From contig NC_092376.1 of the NCBI RefSeq assembly GCF_030028105.1, forward strand, positions 35,016,935 to 35,080,934: DNA of 64,000 bases. The letters are read 5' to 3'. Shown one piece after another: positions 1 through 11,734 of the stretch; positions within the stretch are counted from its first letter, which is position 1; each line of letters starts with the position of its first letter. The notes beneath the pieces are model-generated. The model was not told where the DNA came from, searched no databases, and was given only the letters and a program-made list of their open reading frames with translations. The position numbers and the translations under genes were made by a program. The DNA is from Mobula birostris. Lineage: Eukaryota.

Positions 1-231
1 AAACCAGTAATTGATCCTTTGTAAAGTCAGCACCGATGACTAGTATTTCACTTTTAGGATGCTCATCAATTAAATTAAGGTTATTGTAAGAAGAAATACA
101 GTGTAATTTATTGCACATAAAAGTGGCATTGAACTTGGTGCCACAACTTGCAAAGGAATCTTGTTAAAATTAAGTCTGGAACTTTGCCAGATTGGTTATC
201 TCATGACATCTTCTGATTAAATCCGTTGTAG

Positions 232-324
232 GTCGGTCTAAAGTATTCTAAGAAGTACGGATCTGATCGGGTACGTGTACTAACATTAACAAAAAACCGT
301 GGGAAAGGTGGAGCTATTAAAATG
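232..324 (+). CDS. ALG5: ALG5 dolichyl-phosphate beta-glucosyltransferase, internal exon (equivalent to human exon 5)
   Basis: AG|...|GTGAGT, 93 nt. Translates VGLKYSKKYGSDRVRVLTLTKNRGKGGAIKM, matching the ALG5 NRGKGGA motif. Upstream exons lie outside the window. Confidence 0.95.
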
Positions 325-1256
325 GTGAGTTAAATTTTTTTACACCAGATCCTTTAGGGATAGAAATTAATTTCTTAATTTCTGCAAGCTTCTGTAAAAT
401 TTCTGATTCAGCATAACAATTTAAGGTTCATGGTACTGAATGGTACAGAGATGTTGGAGCTAACTAAATCTCATGGAATTAAAGATGAATTTTCTAATGA
501 CGATGGAATTATCTTCAGTGCCATTGTTTTGATTCCACAATTGAGATAATACAGCCATTCATTGTCCCTGCTTGTTAGGTTCCCATCCCCATTTATCTAA
601 GTTGATTTCATTTCCCTTCATATATTTCCATTCATATTTTCCCATGATAAGTTGCAGTTTTGAATTTTCATTTGCCTCTTCTCATCCCCACAAAGCAGAA
701 ACAGATGTTTACACAATAGAGTTCAAGTTTTCCACTGCATTCTGTCAAGTAATTCTCCCTAATTTTGCTAATTAATTCATTCATGTATATTAACTTATCC
801 TCCCTTGTTTTCAACTCGCCTATCAAAATGGTTTCTCTCTGTCTATGCATTCAACTTCTTAATGATCAGCTGTTAGGAAGGGCACCCCTTCGTTTTCATC
901 ACTCAATTATATTGAGTCATCTGGTACTATAATATTTACACAACAGTCTTGCAGCTTCCCACACAGTGGCAGCACTTTTTGAATTCCAGCACTCTATATA
1001 AAATTTTCTGAGAGCTGAAGGGTACATAATGCTTGACATACAATTCCCATGTTCCTTCTCAAAGCTGCCTTGTAACACAATTCAGCTTATATAATATTCA
1101 AGTATATTCTTATAAGCTATGGAAATTCATTGCAACATAAAAAATAAACTGTTCCTGTATTTTTTGTTGGTGCTCCGTAGAAGTTTTGCATTTGCCAGAG
1201 AATTTGTCTTACAGAAATCCTTATTTATTTAATGCCCATTTCAAAGTTAAAGATTA

Positions 1257-3081
1257 CAGTGCCATGTAAAAGTATTCAGCCCCCAATCCTTTCTTCACAT
1301 AATTGAGTATTATAACCAGGGATTTTAGTCAATTGAACTAAGAATTTTTACTTGTGATGACATGCTCCTTTTTTCACAGTAGAGGATAAAAAAAGGACAA
1401 TTTTAAGGTTTTTTTTTCTCTGTGCCATACTCCGCCAGAGCCTTGGCGACCACTTTTTCAAGTGGTTGTCTTGGAGGAAAGATTCTGTGAATGGTCCGTC
1501 ACGTCCTTCTCACAGCACAGTCTGTTTTTTACTAGGCCGAGCTGCAAGCTCGACACTCAACCCGGCACAGATGGAAGGCGTGCCCGGGAGTGGCCCAACT
1601 GGATTCGAGCTCGGGAACCTTCACTCTGGAGTCCGGCCCTGGTGTTATACACCACCAGCCGGGTCGTTTTAAAATATAGGAAACTAAAAATTTAGAAGCT
1701 GAAATGCCAGCAGATCAAAAGTATTCACCCCCCTTTTAGTTGAACCACCTCTCGCAGCCATTACAGCCACTAGTCTTTTTTGGATAAGTCTCTTAGCTTT
1801 GCACAATGTCATGGAGCAAGATTTGCCCATTCCTCCTTGCAAAATTGCTCAAACTGTACCAGGTTAGTTGGGGAGCGGTGGTGGACAGCAATATTGAGGC
1901 CTTGCCAGAAATGTTTGATCCGGTTAAGGTCAGGAATCTGACTGGGCATCTCAAGGACATCAGTTTTCTTCATTAGAAGCCAATCCGTGGTTCTGGCAGT
2001 GTGCTTTAGATTGTTGCCCTGATGAAAGACAAGCTTTCTCCCCAGTTTAAGCTTTCTGGCAGAGGCTAGCAGGTTTTATCCAGGATCTTTCTGCATTTAG
2101 CAGTATTCATCTTCCCATCAATCCTGACCATATTTCCAGTCCCTGTTGCTGAAAAGCATTCCCATAGCATGATACTACCTCCACCATACTTTCCAGTAGG
2201 GATGGTGTTACCTGACTGATGCGCAGTATTAGATTTATACCATACGTACAGTTCAGTGTCAAGGCCACTAAGTTCCAACCACAAGACCTTTTTCTACATC
2301 TTTACAGTATCTTCTAAGTGACACTTTTCAAATCTCTATGGGCAAGTTAATGTTTATTTTGCCAGGTCTTCGTCCTTGCCACTCGTCCATAAATACCCTT
2401 TGTTGTGCAAGGCCTTAGAGCCATGAATTTCATCTCCAATTGCAGCCACTGGTTTCTGCACCTCACTCAGAGTGACTGTTGGTGTCACAGTAGCCTCTCT
2501 TACAAGTGCCATTCTTCTCCGGTAAATAAGTTTAGAGGGACAGCCTGACCCAGTGGCTGTGGTTTCATATTTTTCCCACTTTCTCATGATGGACTGGACT
2601 GAACTGAGCTCTGATGTATGTTCAGTACCTTTCAGATGGTCTTGTAACCTTTCCCAGTTTTGTGCTTATTTAATATCATTTCCATGATTTGTCTTGAATG
2701 TTCTTTTGTCTTAATTTTGGATTGCTCTGTTGAAAAGCTGCCATACTGTTGGACCTTGTAGAGAGAGGGGTTATTTATTCAGGTGATCCTGCAATCTCCT
2801 ACATCAACAAATTGGGAGACATGATAAGATAATATATAGTATTGCACCTTAGGAAAGTTTGTGTAGAAATTACAAAGGGGATGAATACTTTTTCAACTTC
2901 ATATTTGTTTTAATTTTAAATAAATTATTGATAGGTTTTGGAATTTTTTCAAACTTAACATGATGCACAATGTTTTGTAGATTAGCTCAAAAATCCTATT
3001 TTGATGTATTTTAAATGTAAAAAACGAGACAGTAAAATGTGAAAATAGTTGTGAGGGCGGAGCATTTTTTTCAAAGCACTG
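1257..3081 (-). mobile_element. Tc1/mariner DNA transposon (IR/DR type), decayed transposase, in ALG5 intron
   Basis: TA|CAGTG...CACTG|TA ends. Repeated AAAAGTATTCA(G)CCCC direct-repeat cores. Transposase fragments ([14 protein letters not shown]...RIDGKMN) on the minus strand. Confidence 0.9.
1407..1666 (-). mobile_element. tRNA-derived SINE nested in the Tc1 terminal region
   Basis: Minus strand shows A-box- and B-box-like (GAGCTCGAATCC) head and an A tail. TTTTAA is duplicated at 1401-1406 and 1667-1672. The segment is absent from the second Tc1 copy. Confidence 0.75.
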
Positions 3082-4157
3082 TATAATGAAAATCAGAAGG
3101 GTCACAAATCCAAAAGGCTTACAAAACTGTTTAGCTTACCATTGATGCTACCTGACCTGAGTTTTTCAAGCATTTTCTTTTTTTTGTAGGATTATAATGG
3201 TGTATCTGATGTAGTTTTATATATTAAAAAAAGCTAAAGATGCACATAAACAGGATTTAACACTGTACTACTTAAGGTATTTGATCAGAAGCTTGATCAA
3301 AGAGGTGGGATTTCATTAATGTCTTGAAGGAAGGAAAAGAGGCAGAGAGGAATTGAGATCATAGGAATTTGTCATCTGAAAGATTGCCCACCAATAGAAG
3401 AACAATTAAAATCAGGTATGGTTTAGAGGCCAGAACTGGATGAACATGTTTCCTAGGAGATGGTCCATATTACCGATGTGAATGTAGACAGTCTTACTGA
3501 TAATGTGGACATGGATAAAAACTCAGCTTAGAGTCATAGTTGACTCTATGTTTGTGAACAATCGAGTTCAACCTGAGAAATTTGCCAGTGAGACGGATGA
3601 AGCTAGTATCTTTGAAACTGAGTTTATTGTGAGGGCTGAGGCTGAAGACCTGAGGCTAAATGATTTCCACCTTCCCATTTATTTGGAGGAAATGAATGAA
3701 TGAATTCATTTTATTTCTTATGTCCTTCACATACTTGAGTAAAAATCTTTACGTTACGTTTCCATCTGAATGTGCAATGTGCAGAGTAATTTATAATAAA
3801 TAGAACAGTCAATGTAACATAGAATACACTCAAATCAGTGTGAGTTAATCAGACTGATGGCCTGGTGGAAGAAGCTGTCCCAGAGCCTTTTGGTCTTGGC
3901 TTTTATGTTGCGGTACTGTTTCCCAGATGGTAGCAGCTGGAATAGATTGTGGTTGGGATGGTTTGGCTCCCCAATGATCCTATGGGCCGATTTTACACAC
4001 CTGTCTTTGTAAATGTCCTGAATCATGGTAAGTTAACACTACAGATGCACTGGGCTGTCCACACCGCTCTGCAGAGTCCTGCGATTAAGGGAGATACGGT
4101 TCCTATACCAGGCAGTGATGCAGCCAGTCAGGATGCTCTCAATTGTGCCCCTGTAGA

Positions 4158-4554
4158 CTTCTCAAACTTCCGCTAATGCCCCACCTCCCCCTCGTACCGC
4201 ATCCATTATTTATTTATTTATATACACACTTTCTTTTTCTCCCTCTGTCCCTCTCACTATGCCCCTTGCCCATTCTCTGGGCTTCCCCCCTCCCCCTTTT
4301 CTTTCTCCCTGGGCCTCCTGTCCCATGATCCTCTCATATCCCTTTTGCCAATCAACTGTCCAGCTCTTGGCTCCATCACTCCCCCTCCTGTCTTCTCCTA
4401 TCATTTCAGATCTCCCCCTCCCCCTTTCAAGTCTCTTACTAGCTCTTCTTTCAGTTAGTCCTGACGAAGGGTCTCGGCCCGAAACGTCGACTGTACCTCT
4501 TCCTAGAGTTGCTGCCTGGCCTGCTGCGTTCACCAGCAACTTTTATGTGTGTTA
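4158..4554 (+). mobile_element. Penelope pseudo-LTR fragment inserted in the Rex1 LINE
   Basis: Close match to 24770-25180. CCCTGTAGA is duplicated at 4149-4157 and 4555-4563. Confidence 0.85.
4457..4492 (+). ncRNA. Minimal type I hammerhead ribozyme motif (Penelope-associated)
   Basis: AGTC-CTGACGA-A-GGGTCTCGGCCC-GAAAC-GTC-GACT: stem I AGTC/GACT, CUGANGA box, stem II, GAAA box, palindromic ACGT stem III, GUC cleavage triplet. Confidence 0.8.
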
Positions 4555-5345
4555 CCCTGTAGAAAGTTCTTAGGATTTGGGGGTCCATACCAAACTTCCT
4601 CAACTGTCTGAGGTGAAATGGGTGCTGTTGTGCCTTTTTCATCACACAGCTGGTGTGTACAGACCACGTGAGGTCCTCAGTGATGTGGATGCCAAGGAAC
4701 TTAAAGCTGTTTACCCTCTCAACCCCAGATCCATTGATGTCAATAGGGGCTAGCCCGTCTCCATTCCTCCTGTAATCCACAGCCAGCTCCTTTGTTGACA
4801 CTGAGGGAGAGGTAGTTTTCTTGATACCACTGTGTCAGAGAGATGACTTCTTCCCTGTAGGCCACCTCGTTATTGTTTGAGATAAGGCCATCAATCTAGT
4901 GTTGTCAGCAAATTTAATTAGATTAGAGCTCTGGGTGATGACACAGTCATGGGTATACAGGGAATAAAGGAGGGGGCTTAGTACACAGCCTTGAGGGGTT
5001 CCTGTATTGAGAATTATTACACATCATGTATTTGGATATAAACCCAGCAATTTGGAGGAAGGTGTTATCAACTTACATGCAGAAAGCTGCTAGCGTTTTT
5101 GTGTATCTGAATGATGTCATCATGGGGAGGAAGTAGATGAGGAAAGGAAAGATGCATAGGTAGAAGTAAGAAAGTAAATCATTGTAAGCAATTCCCTGGC
5201 TACAGTTAGATCAATGTGAAACAAGTAAAGGTTAAGAAAGATCTGAACTGTTCTGTCTCATTCTTATCTGCACTGAAGCTTAACTGTGTCATTAGCATAT
5301 ATGCACGTTATAATACTAACCTTGAAGCACATTATTTCTGGTCAG

Positions 5346-5459
5346 GGTGTACTGAGCTCTCGAGGAAGATTTATTCTGATGGCTGATGCTGATGGAGCTA
5401 CAAAATTTGCTGATATTGAGAAAGTAGAAGCAGGCTTGAAAGCTCTCCAGCCAGGTCCA
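5346..5459 (+). CDS. ALG5: ALG5 exon with DAD (DxD) motif
   Basis: CAG|...|GTGAGT, 114 nt. GVLSSRGRFILMADADGATKFADIEKVEAGLKALQPGP. Confidence 0.96.
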
Positions 5460-6000
5460 GTGAGTATGCCCAGCATTTATTCTGATCTGTGGAAAATGCA
5501 GAAAATTATCTGCAAATGAAATCAAATATAAAATTCCAGAAAAATTATATAGTTTATGTTTTTCTTTTAAAGTAATTTGAATGGAATTAAGCATAAAAAG
5601 TTTGCTTTGACACCTGAATTACAAAGGATACTGGCACGTTGTCTTAATCTCTTCCTTCTAACCCATTTCTAGAATTCTGCGAGCAAGGGAAAAAGATTTC
5701 TTAAGTTGTACGATATAACTAAAATGAGCAAAATACTTGCTGTATACTGGGAACAGATCCTTATATGTGTTATTCATAATGGATTGCTTGGGCCCATGAG
5801 TTATTGGGATTGTGTGACCATAATTGATTCATTGGGAAATCTATTCCATAATTTGTATTGCATAAGCTGCCAAAATATTATTAAGAGATCTAAAGTGCTA
5901 ATGTAACCTATTTGACACTGACATGGCTTGAAAAATGCCATCACACAATTAGTTTCATAATTTTGGGAAGCTGGCTAACTAAATTTTTTCTCTCTTCTAG

Positions 6001-6060
6001 GATAACATGGCCATTTCATGTGGATCTAGAGCTCATTTGGAGAAAGAAACAGTAGCCAAA
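6001..6060 (+). CDS. ALG5: ALG5 exon
   Basis: Polypyrimidine-TAG|...|GTAAGG, 60 nt. DNMAISCGSRAHLEKETVAK. Confidence 0.95.
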
Positions 6061-6449
6061 GTAAGGACAAATGTTGAGCAATAAATAGATGGATTTGTTG
6101 TGTGAATTTGAAGCCATTGTATTGCTAAAATTAAACAAGAAATGTTTTAATCAGATTAAATCTACAGGGTACAAAGTTTCAATGTCAGTTAAAATAGTAT
6201 AATTTGCATATTTTCCTTTAATCTAAAATTGTTTAGTTTAAATTTTATGTTGATTCAAATTGAAATAATATAAAATACATTGGAAACTTCTTAATTAGTT
6301 CATGGCTGAACTATTGGTAAATATTGTGATGTTCTAATTGGTGGCTTGAGATTAGCTCTTCAATCCTGACTTCATCAAAAGGCTACTCTGCCAAGGTGAT
6401 AACTTTCAATGTTTCTGACATTCACAGAGTAATTCACCTCTGAAGTAGA

Positions 6450-6990
6450 TTCTTTAGCCCAGCATATTTATGCCAGTAATCAAGTACCCATCGGTATTAA
6501 TTCCAAATCCCAACACCTGGCCTTGACTCTTCTGTTTTAGTGATTTAAGTGTTTGTCCTGATACTAATTAAACGTGAGAATTTTTGCCTTCACCACCCTT
6601 CAGGTGGTGTGTTATAAATTCCAATCACCCTCTGGATGAAAACATTCTTCTTCAGATTCCCTTTAAACCTCTTACCCCTTAGTCAAACCTATTCTCTGTG
6701 GTTTTAGACACCTATTCTCGGGAATGGTTTCTTTCTATCTACTCTATCCATGATCCTTTATAGTATGCCCTTATCAGATCCTTTCTCCAACTCTCAACCT
6801 CCATCACTGTCAGGAAAACAAAACCTAGCCTATCCAGTCTTTCCTAGTCACTGAAAAGCTCCATCCAGGGCAACATTTTGCAAAACCTTCTTTGTACCTT
6901 CCTTGATGCAATTGCATCTTTCCTATAATGTGACAAACAAAACTCTAAACAGTACTCCAGCTGCGGCCTAAGCAAAATTTCATAAACTTC
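6450..6990 (-). mobile_element. Old CR1-type LINE 3' fragment
   Basis: Degenerate similarity to the CR1 3' end at 31080-31630. Boundaries approximate. Confidence 0.6.
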
Positions 6991-7469
6991 CTGCTCGTCT
7001 GAAGACCAAGAAAAGAAAAAAAAAATCAGTATAACACAAACACATCAGTGCCAATATAAATATGAGCATCAAATGCTGGGTTATAGATTGATTCAGAAGT
7101 GAGTTCCAATCCCAGCCTTTAAGGATTAAATTTTCAGTTTGCATACCTCTGAAATCATGTTGTTTGTTGCCAGGGAGTGCTGTAAATGACTAGATCTCTT
7201 CACATAGAGGACAGACAGCTAACCCCAAAATTTGAAATGAGCGTCACATTGGCTTGATTGTTTGAGGTTTTGTTTGTTTTGTTTTAAAACTTCTGGGGAG
7301 CCAACATCACGGACGACCCTAATGGCAGCTCTCATTGAAAATGATGAAAAACATCAAATATTCTCATTTTAGCCTGCTACGCTGAAAACCACAACTGCAT
7401 ATCTAATGTGTACGGTCAATGACGAGGTTCTAATGCAGTTGAACGATTCATCTTAAAATCAATGGAAAT

Positions 7470-8689
7470 AGATTGGTCTGTGACCGGTGTACTGCCCCTT
7501 TAAGAAACTGCTGGTGAAAAGGGTCGACGTGCTGATCTGATGGTGCATTTTAAAAAAAAATGAGGTTTTTGACTCTCAATACTAACTATCTAGCTAGTAA
7601 ACGTGCAGTCTCTGGTAAATAAAATTGACGATCTCAGAGCTAGGTTGCGTCCTCTGCTTTCGGCATTCAGTGATGAAGTGCTTTGAGAGGTTGGCTATGG
7701 CTAGAATCAACACCTATTTCAGGAGGGACCCGGGCCCACTGCAGTTTGCCTATTGCCACAAAAGGTCTAGAGTAGACGTGATCTCAATGGTTCTCCACAC
7801 AGCCTTGGATCACCTAGACAATGCAAATACCTGTATCAGGATGCTGTTGATTGACTATAGCTCAACATTCAACACCATTGTTCCTACAGTCCTGATTGAA
7901 AAGCTACAGAACCTAGGCCTCTATACCTCCCTCTGCAACTCGATTCTCGACTTTTTCCTTGACTTCCTAACCAGAAGACCACAATCTCCGCAGATTGGAA
8001 ATAACATCTCCACCTCACTGACAATTAACACTGGTGCTTCACGAGGATGTCAATATCTCTGAGGACCTAAGCTGGATGCAACATATTGATGCAGCTATAA
8101 AGAAGGCAAGACAGCGGCTATATTTCATTAGAAGTTTGAGGAGATTTGGTTTCAACTAAAACACTGAAAAACTTCTACAGATGTACCAGGGAGAGCATTC
8201 TGACAGGCTACATATCTGTCTGGTATGGAGGGCCTACTGCACAAGATTGAAATAGGTAGCAAAAACTTGTAAAATTAGTCAGCTCTATCATGGGTACCAG
8301 CCTCCATAGTATACAAGACATCTTCAAGGAGCGGTGCCTGAGGAAGATGGCATCCATCATTAAGGATCCCCATCACCCAGGACATGCCCTCTTCACACTG
8401 TTTCTGTGAGGAAGGAGGTACAGAAGCTTGAAGGCACAAGCTCAGTGATTCAGGAACAGCGTAGTCCCCTCTGCCATCTGATTTCTAAATGGATATTGAA
8501 CCCATAAACACTACCTCACTACCTTTTATTTCTGTTTTTTTAACTACTTTATTTTAACTTAACTGTTTAAGAGATGAATAAATACTTACTGTAATTCCAC
8601 TTTTTCCTCTATATTTATCATTGTACTGCTGCCATAAAGTTAACAAATTTCATGACATATGCCAGTGGTATTAAGTCTGATTCTGATTG
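7470..8689 (+). mobile_element. Internally deleted Rex1/Babar-like LINE
   Basis: Endonuclease start (LVNVQSLVNKIDDLRAR) joined to RT (MKCFERL...LQFAY...DYSSTFNTI), joined to the 3' part, ending in a (CTGATT)n tail. Confidence 0.75.
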
Positions 8690-8971
8690 CACTTCAGTTG
8701 ATGAGGTGATCTGCTGGAAATTTCAATATAATTTCTGAAAAAGCGTAAGGATATAATAAATGAAAGCAAACTATAGAAGCTCATAGTCTTTGTTTATCAT
8801 ACATTCTGCTTTCCATTTTCTTACCAATGCCTTGGTTTTCTTTGTTAAATTCTATTATCTCTGTACCTACCTTTTTTAAAACACCAGTGTGGTTTCAGGT
8901 CAAGAAAATGTGAGATCTTACTCAAATTAATTCTCCAGCACTCTTATATTAATATTAGTTTAGAACAATAA

Positions 8972-9400
8972 CACAGCAGTTAGTACTGCTGCCTTTCAAA
9001 CTCAGCAATCCTAATGCTTAACTCCTGACTTGGTGTTGTGTATGTTGATATTGCATCATCTTCTTCTTAAGCCCATCACCCCTACTGGGGCGTAGGCCAC
9101 TGACAGCAGCTGGCCAGAGTCATCTCTTCTGGGCCAGTCTTTCAAGTTGTCCCCAGGTGTATCCCTCTTCGAAGATCCTTCGTCTCCCACAGATGAGATC
9201 TTTGGAGCTTCTTTTGGCATTTCTGTAGCTCTGTGTTTTTATGGGATGGGCTTGGTATCTATATGCCCAACCGTCCTCCTTTCACAGCCGGGCTTGAGAC
9301 TGTCCATAGCAGAATTTCTTCCAGTTTCCTACTACATCCTAAATTTGTGCTAGTAGGTTAATTGACTACTGTAAGTAATCTGTTTTGTATATACAGTAAG
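8972..9400 (+). mobile_element. Old V-SINE interrupted by a short RTE-derived element (about 9059-9315, minus)
   Basis: tRNA-like head and GGTTTCCTC..CATCC core are separated by a segment with an (AAG)n tail on the minus strand. Boundaries approximate. Confidence 0.5.
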
Positions 9401-9818
9401 TGAGAGAGAATAAGTTGCTACAGAAAAAAAAAATAAGAGTGTAATAGAATTGATGGGATTCCTCTGGCAAGAGCATACCCAATGGCCTCTTTTGTTGTAA
9501 TAAAAAGCAGTAAGTAATTTCTTTTTAGGTCATTCCTTAGTTCTTCATTGTTTCTAAAACATAATGATTTCTAATTTGAAAATGTCTGCAAAACATTTAT
9601 TTCATGTACATGCGATTGTCTTAAAGAAATTCCCATGCCTGTACTCATTGGGACCTACTTTTGTTTTTCTTACTCTTTTCCTTTTTGCACTCTCATATCT
9701 TAAAATATCATTTTTTTGATTCTTACAAGCATTCTTCATTCTATTTTCCCTGTCATTTTTTGAACTATTTCAATTTTGTTGTCAATAACTTTTGATGAGG
9801 TTTTAACTTCCATTTCAG

Positions 9819-9970
9819 CGTTCTTATTTTCGGACGTTACTCATGTATGGGTTCCATTTTCTGGTATGGTTTCTGTGTGTGAGAGGAGTAAGGGATACAC
9901 AATGTGGCTTCAAGCTTTTAACCAGAGAAGCAGCTCGAAGGACCTTCTCAACTTTGCATGTAGATCGATG
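9819..9970 (+). CDS. ALG5: ALG5 exon
   Basis: CAG|...|GTATGT, 152 nt. RSYFRTLLMYGFHFLVWFLCVRGVRDTQCGFKLLTREAARRTFSTLHVDR(W), containing the DTQCGFK motif. Confidence 0.96.
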
Positions 9971-10511
9971 GTATGTTTTTGAATTACACCATGATACAAA
10001 GTTTAAGGTGCTTTTTGGATGTACAGACTTACTGAATTCGCTTAATTTGAATCTTTAAATAAGTCAATTTTGTATTTGTTAGAGGATTGCACTACTGTTC
10101 CATTTTGTTGCATGAAGTAATTTATAAATGAACTATATAAGAAAAAATGGATTTATTCACAGAACCATCTTCTCTGCACACCAGGTGAATATGATGGACG
10201 AGTTCTCTGGAAGGTGAATAGCAGTGGTGCCCCAGATCCAGCATGAACTAATCTATTATCTTGAAAACATTGATCAAATTAGCCCTTAACCTTCTGTATT
10301 CCAATTACAAATGTCTGTCTCTAGGGGATTATCTAATGTATGATCAGACTTAATAACCTAATGCCCAGATATCATTGTGAAAGGTTGTGAGAGACAGAAA
10401 GAGAAAAGGTGGAGAAACATGTTTTTAAGGTGTTTTGTCCTTTGTATACACTGTGAGACTACTTGTTTTTCTTCCCATAATCTTATAATGTTTTCTTCTA
10501 CTACATTTTAG

Positions 10512-10597
10512 GGCTTTTGATGTGGAGCTTCTCTATATAGCCCAATGTTTAAAGATTCCAATTGCAGAAGTTGCTGTTGAGTGGACAGAGATAGAGG
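10512..10597 (+). CDS. ALG5: ALG5 exon
   Basis: TAG|...|GTAAGA, 86 nt, phase fits both neighbours. (W)AFDVELLYIAQCLKIPIAEVAVEWTEIE(G). Confidence 0.95.
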
Positions 10598-10619
10598 GTA
10601 AGAACCTTTTGTAGAAGCT

Positions 10620-10852
10620 GATGAAACCACAGCCGCCACTTACTCTTGCCCAAGCTGTACCGGACTGTATGGATCGCGGATTAGCCTCTACAGCCACCTG
10701 AGGGCTCACCAATAGACAAGTCTTTAGGACAGGCTCCCAACTTGAGCTCTACACACCTCTTTCTTAATGGTATTGGTCCATAACATAAAAAATGGTTGGG
10801 ATCCCCTGTCTTAGGAGAACATCATATTCAACTCGAGTGATCATACTGCTAC
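10620..10852 (+). mobile_element. RTE-type LINE 3' end carrying a hAT MITE (10730-10808)
   Basis: YSCPSCTGLYGSRISLYSHLRAHQ* C2H2-like terminus. MITE ends CAGG..CCCAAC / GTTGGGATCCCCTG with near-duplicated CTTTAGGA / TCTTAGGA flanks. Confidence 0.6.
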
Positions 10853-11734
10853 GAGTCTGATATGCAGAAAATGCTGGAAAATCTCAGCAGATCAGGTAGT
10901 ATCTATACAAAGAGAAAATGTTCATGTTTGGATTCAAAGTCTTTTCATTAGAACCAAGTGAGAAAGCAAAATAGTGTAGGTACTAGGGAAGGCAGGGTAG
11001 GATGGTGAGGGAATCTTTGTGAAAGGCTGAAATTGTGTAGTTATTATGGGGTTAGTGAGCTCCTTTATGCTATGGCTGCTAATCTTGTGAAGTCTGGGTA
11101 ATCTGGCCCGCTGGGTTTACCAGCATTTCACTTTTAGGTTCAGATGTATAGTCTTTGTTTTTTTAATTTTCAGCTTGTGTACAAAGTTGGGTTAGCTACT
11201 AAAGGAATGATGATTGTTTATCTCTCTTGCTCTCTCCCCAGTTGTTGCTGCCTTGCAACGTTTATTCTTTTGACGTTAGAATAATATACGTGGCTGAAAT
11301 TAACTGGTTTTCCTATATGGGTATATTCCCTTTATAAACTGTTCCTAGAATACTGTTGAAATAAAAGTAAAATGTAAGGTTTTCTAAAGAGTGAGCTTTA
11401 AAACTTACATTGGAAAAAATATAGTATCAAAGATTTTGCTGTAGTTGGTGTCTGAAAGGAAGTAGAGGATTAGAATTCTTCTTTTAGAAAGTATTTGAAA
11501 TGATTTCATGTTGTAACCATGTTTCATTTTTGAGGGGCATTCATTCAATAATTTCATAGGGTTCAACACCTTAAATAATTCCTCTAGCTGAACCTTAATC
11601 TAAGTCTACTTTGCCTGCTCAATATATAAGTTAATAATGTGCAAACAATAACCAAAAGCTTCTTTATCAGACTTCCAACTAACAGTTCTCCTTTTTTTTT
11701 CTGTCTGTGACTGAGGCCATGAAAGTAATAACTG

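Larger units (their letters stand above)
3692..5011 (-). mobile_element. Rex1/Babar-like LINE, 3' portion
   Basis: TKELAVDYRR...VERVNSFKFLGIHITEDLTWS..., HPNHNLFQLLPSGKQYR..RLWDSFF, and a (TTCA)n tail. Confidence 0.8.
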
